Assembly (NCBI GenBank): GCA_964642205.1 | Contig: CAZXNY010000001.1 | Span: forward strand, 1-53,371 | Source of the DNA: an uncultured Caulobacteraceae bacterium | Lineage (GTDB): Bacteria; Pseudomonadota; Alphaproteobacteria; Caulobacterales; Aquidulcibacteraceae | Length of the DNA: 53,371 nucleotides | Reading direction: 5' to 3' | Part shown: piece after piece, positions 52,464 to 53,371 of the stretch | How the letters are laid out: each line of letters opens with the position of its first letter | Position numbering within the stretch: position 1 is the first letter of the stretch | Program-made: the position numbers and the translations under genes | Notes under the pieces: generated by a model | Databases searched by the model: none | Told to the model about the DNA's origin: nothing | Seen by the model: only the letters and a program-made list of their open reading frames with translations

Positions 52464-53371
52464 TCAGTTGAACACGATCACCGAACGGGCGATCTCGCCC
52501 CGCTTCATCTCCGCAAACGCATCGTTGACCTGCTCAAGCTTGATGCGGCGCGACACCATCTCGTCGAGCTTCAGCTTGCCGGCCATGTACATATCGACGA
52601 GCCGGGGCATGTCGACCGGGAAGCGGTTCGAACCCATCGCCGAGCCCTGGATGCGCTTTTCACCGAGGAACGCAAAGCCCGGCAACTCGACCGATTGGCC
52701 GATCGGGATCATGCCGATAATGTTGGCCGTGCCGCCGCGCTTCAGCATCATGAACGCCTGCTCGGACGTTTTCTTGAGGCCGACGGCTTCGAACGTGTGG
52801 TGCACGCCGCCCTTGGTCATTTCCATGACCTCCTTCACAGCGTCGGTATCGGCGGCGCAGATGAAGTCCGTCGCGCCGAAATGCTTGGCGAGATTGTCCT
52901 TCGACTTTGACATGTCGATCGCGATGATGCGGCCAGCGCCTGCGATCGCAGCGCCGTTGATGGCGGCGAGGCCAACGCCCCCGCAGCCGATGACGGCGAC
53001 GGTTTCACCCGGGCGCACCTTGGACGTGTGAAACACCGCGCCAACGCCGGTCATCACGCCGCAACCGATCAGCGCCGCACGATCGAGCGGCATGTCTTTG
53101 CGTACCGAGACGCAGGCATGCTCGGTAATGAGCATTTGCTCGGCGAACGAGGATAGGTTCAGGAATTGCGGCAGCGGCGCGCCGTTCTGCGTGAGACGCG
53201 GTTCTTCACCCGCCCCGCGCTTAGTGTCCGGCGACTGGCAGAGGCTGAGGTGCCCGGTGAGGCAATGTTCGCAATGGCCGCAGAAGGCCGAGAGACACGT
53301 GATCACGTGATCGCCCACCTTCACCGTGCGCACTTCCGAGCCGATCGCTTCGACAACGCCGGCGCTCTCGT
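52464..53371 (-). CDS. zinc-dependent alcohol dehydrogenase (class III/MDR family), N-terminus beyond window
   Basis: The reverse complement of the last bases reads ..ESAGVVEAIGSEVRTVKVGDHV, so the ORF continues past 53371. CGHCEHCLTG is the structural-zinc motif and VIGCGGVGLAAINGA is the Rossmann motif. Confidence 0.88.
   Translation of the reverse strand, partial: ESAGVVEAIGSEVRTVKVGDHVITCLSAFCGHCEHCLTGHLSLCQSPDTKRGAGEEPRLTQNGAPLPQFLNLSSFAEQMLITEHACVSVRKDMPLDRAALIGCGVMTGVGAVFHTSKVRPGETVAVIGCGGVGLAAINGAAIAGAGRIIAIDMSKSKDNLAKHFGATDFICAADTDAVKEVMEMTKGGVHHTFEAVGLKKTSEQAFMMLKRGGTANIIGMIPIGQSVELPGFAFLGEKRIQGSAMGSNRFPVDMPRLVDMYMAGKLKLDEMVSRRIKLEQVNDAFAEMKRGEIARSVIVFN

Noticed and set aside
1-53371. 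CRISPR arrays, tandem repeats, rRNA/tRNA genes, and prophage or defence-system genes.
   Set aside because: Scanning the few non-coding stretches (all about 200 nt or shorter) showed no repeat-spacer periodicity or cloverleaf-like sequence. Every large ORF has a plausible metabolic, transport, regulatory or repair assignment.

Overview
This is a GC-rich, very densely coding chromosomal segment with about 40 credible genes and almost no non-coding DNA. It is most likely alphaproteobacterial: there is a direct-repeat GTTC-N7-GTTC LexA box in front of an imuA-imuB-dnaE2 cassette, and three TonB-dependent receptors. I saw no rRNA, tRNA, CRISPR array, transposase, integrase or phage genes.

Gene content from left to right:
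- A 5'-truncated ATP-dependent DNA ligase and a crotonase.
- A divergent mpl-like/ldcA-like peptidoglycan-recycling pair.
- A fused circularly permuted ATP-grasp/alpha-E protein, translationally coupled to a transglutaminase-like protein.
- A family III CoA-transferase, a TonB-dependent receptor and a GPH-type MFS transporter.
- A Pseudomonas-type medium-chain PHA cluster: phasin, TetR, class II phaC, phaZ and a coupled MATE pump.
- A FadB-like bifunctional enzyme, then LacI plus a frameshifted TonB-dependent receptor.
- A divergent MmgE/PrpD-like and CapA-like pair.
- The SOS mutagenesis cassette imuA-imuB-dnaE2.
- A cytoplasmic GT4-fusion/GH130-like/MgtC operon, then another TonB-dependent receptor and an omega-aminotransferase.
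- A TTC38-like TPR protein.
- A seven-gene overlapping operon (M20 peptidase, peptide ABC importer, aldehyde dehydrogenase, SDR).
- A secreted hypothetical protein, a second GPH-type MFS transporter and a 5'-truncated Zn-alcohol dehydrogenase.

Best candidates for uncharacterised biology:
- The orphan ATP-grasp/alpha-E/transglutaminase module.
- The GT4-(all-alpha domain)/N-extended GH130/MgtC operon.
- An AT-rich operator-like motif recurring in three promoters of acyl-CoA/organic-acid genes.
- A class II PHA locus in an apparently non-pseudomonad background, with a 20-bp TCTAGAA palindrome.

All family assignments come from reading the translations by eye. No database search was run.
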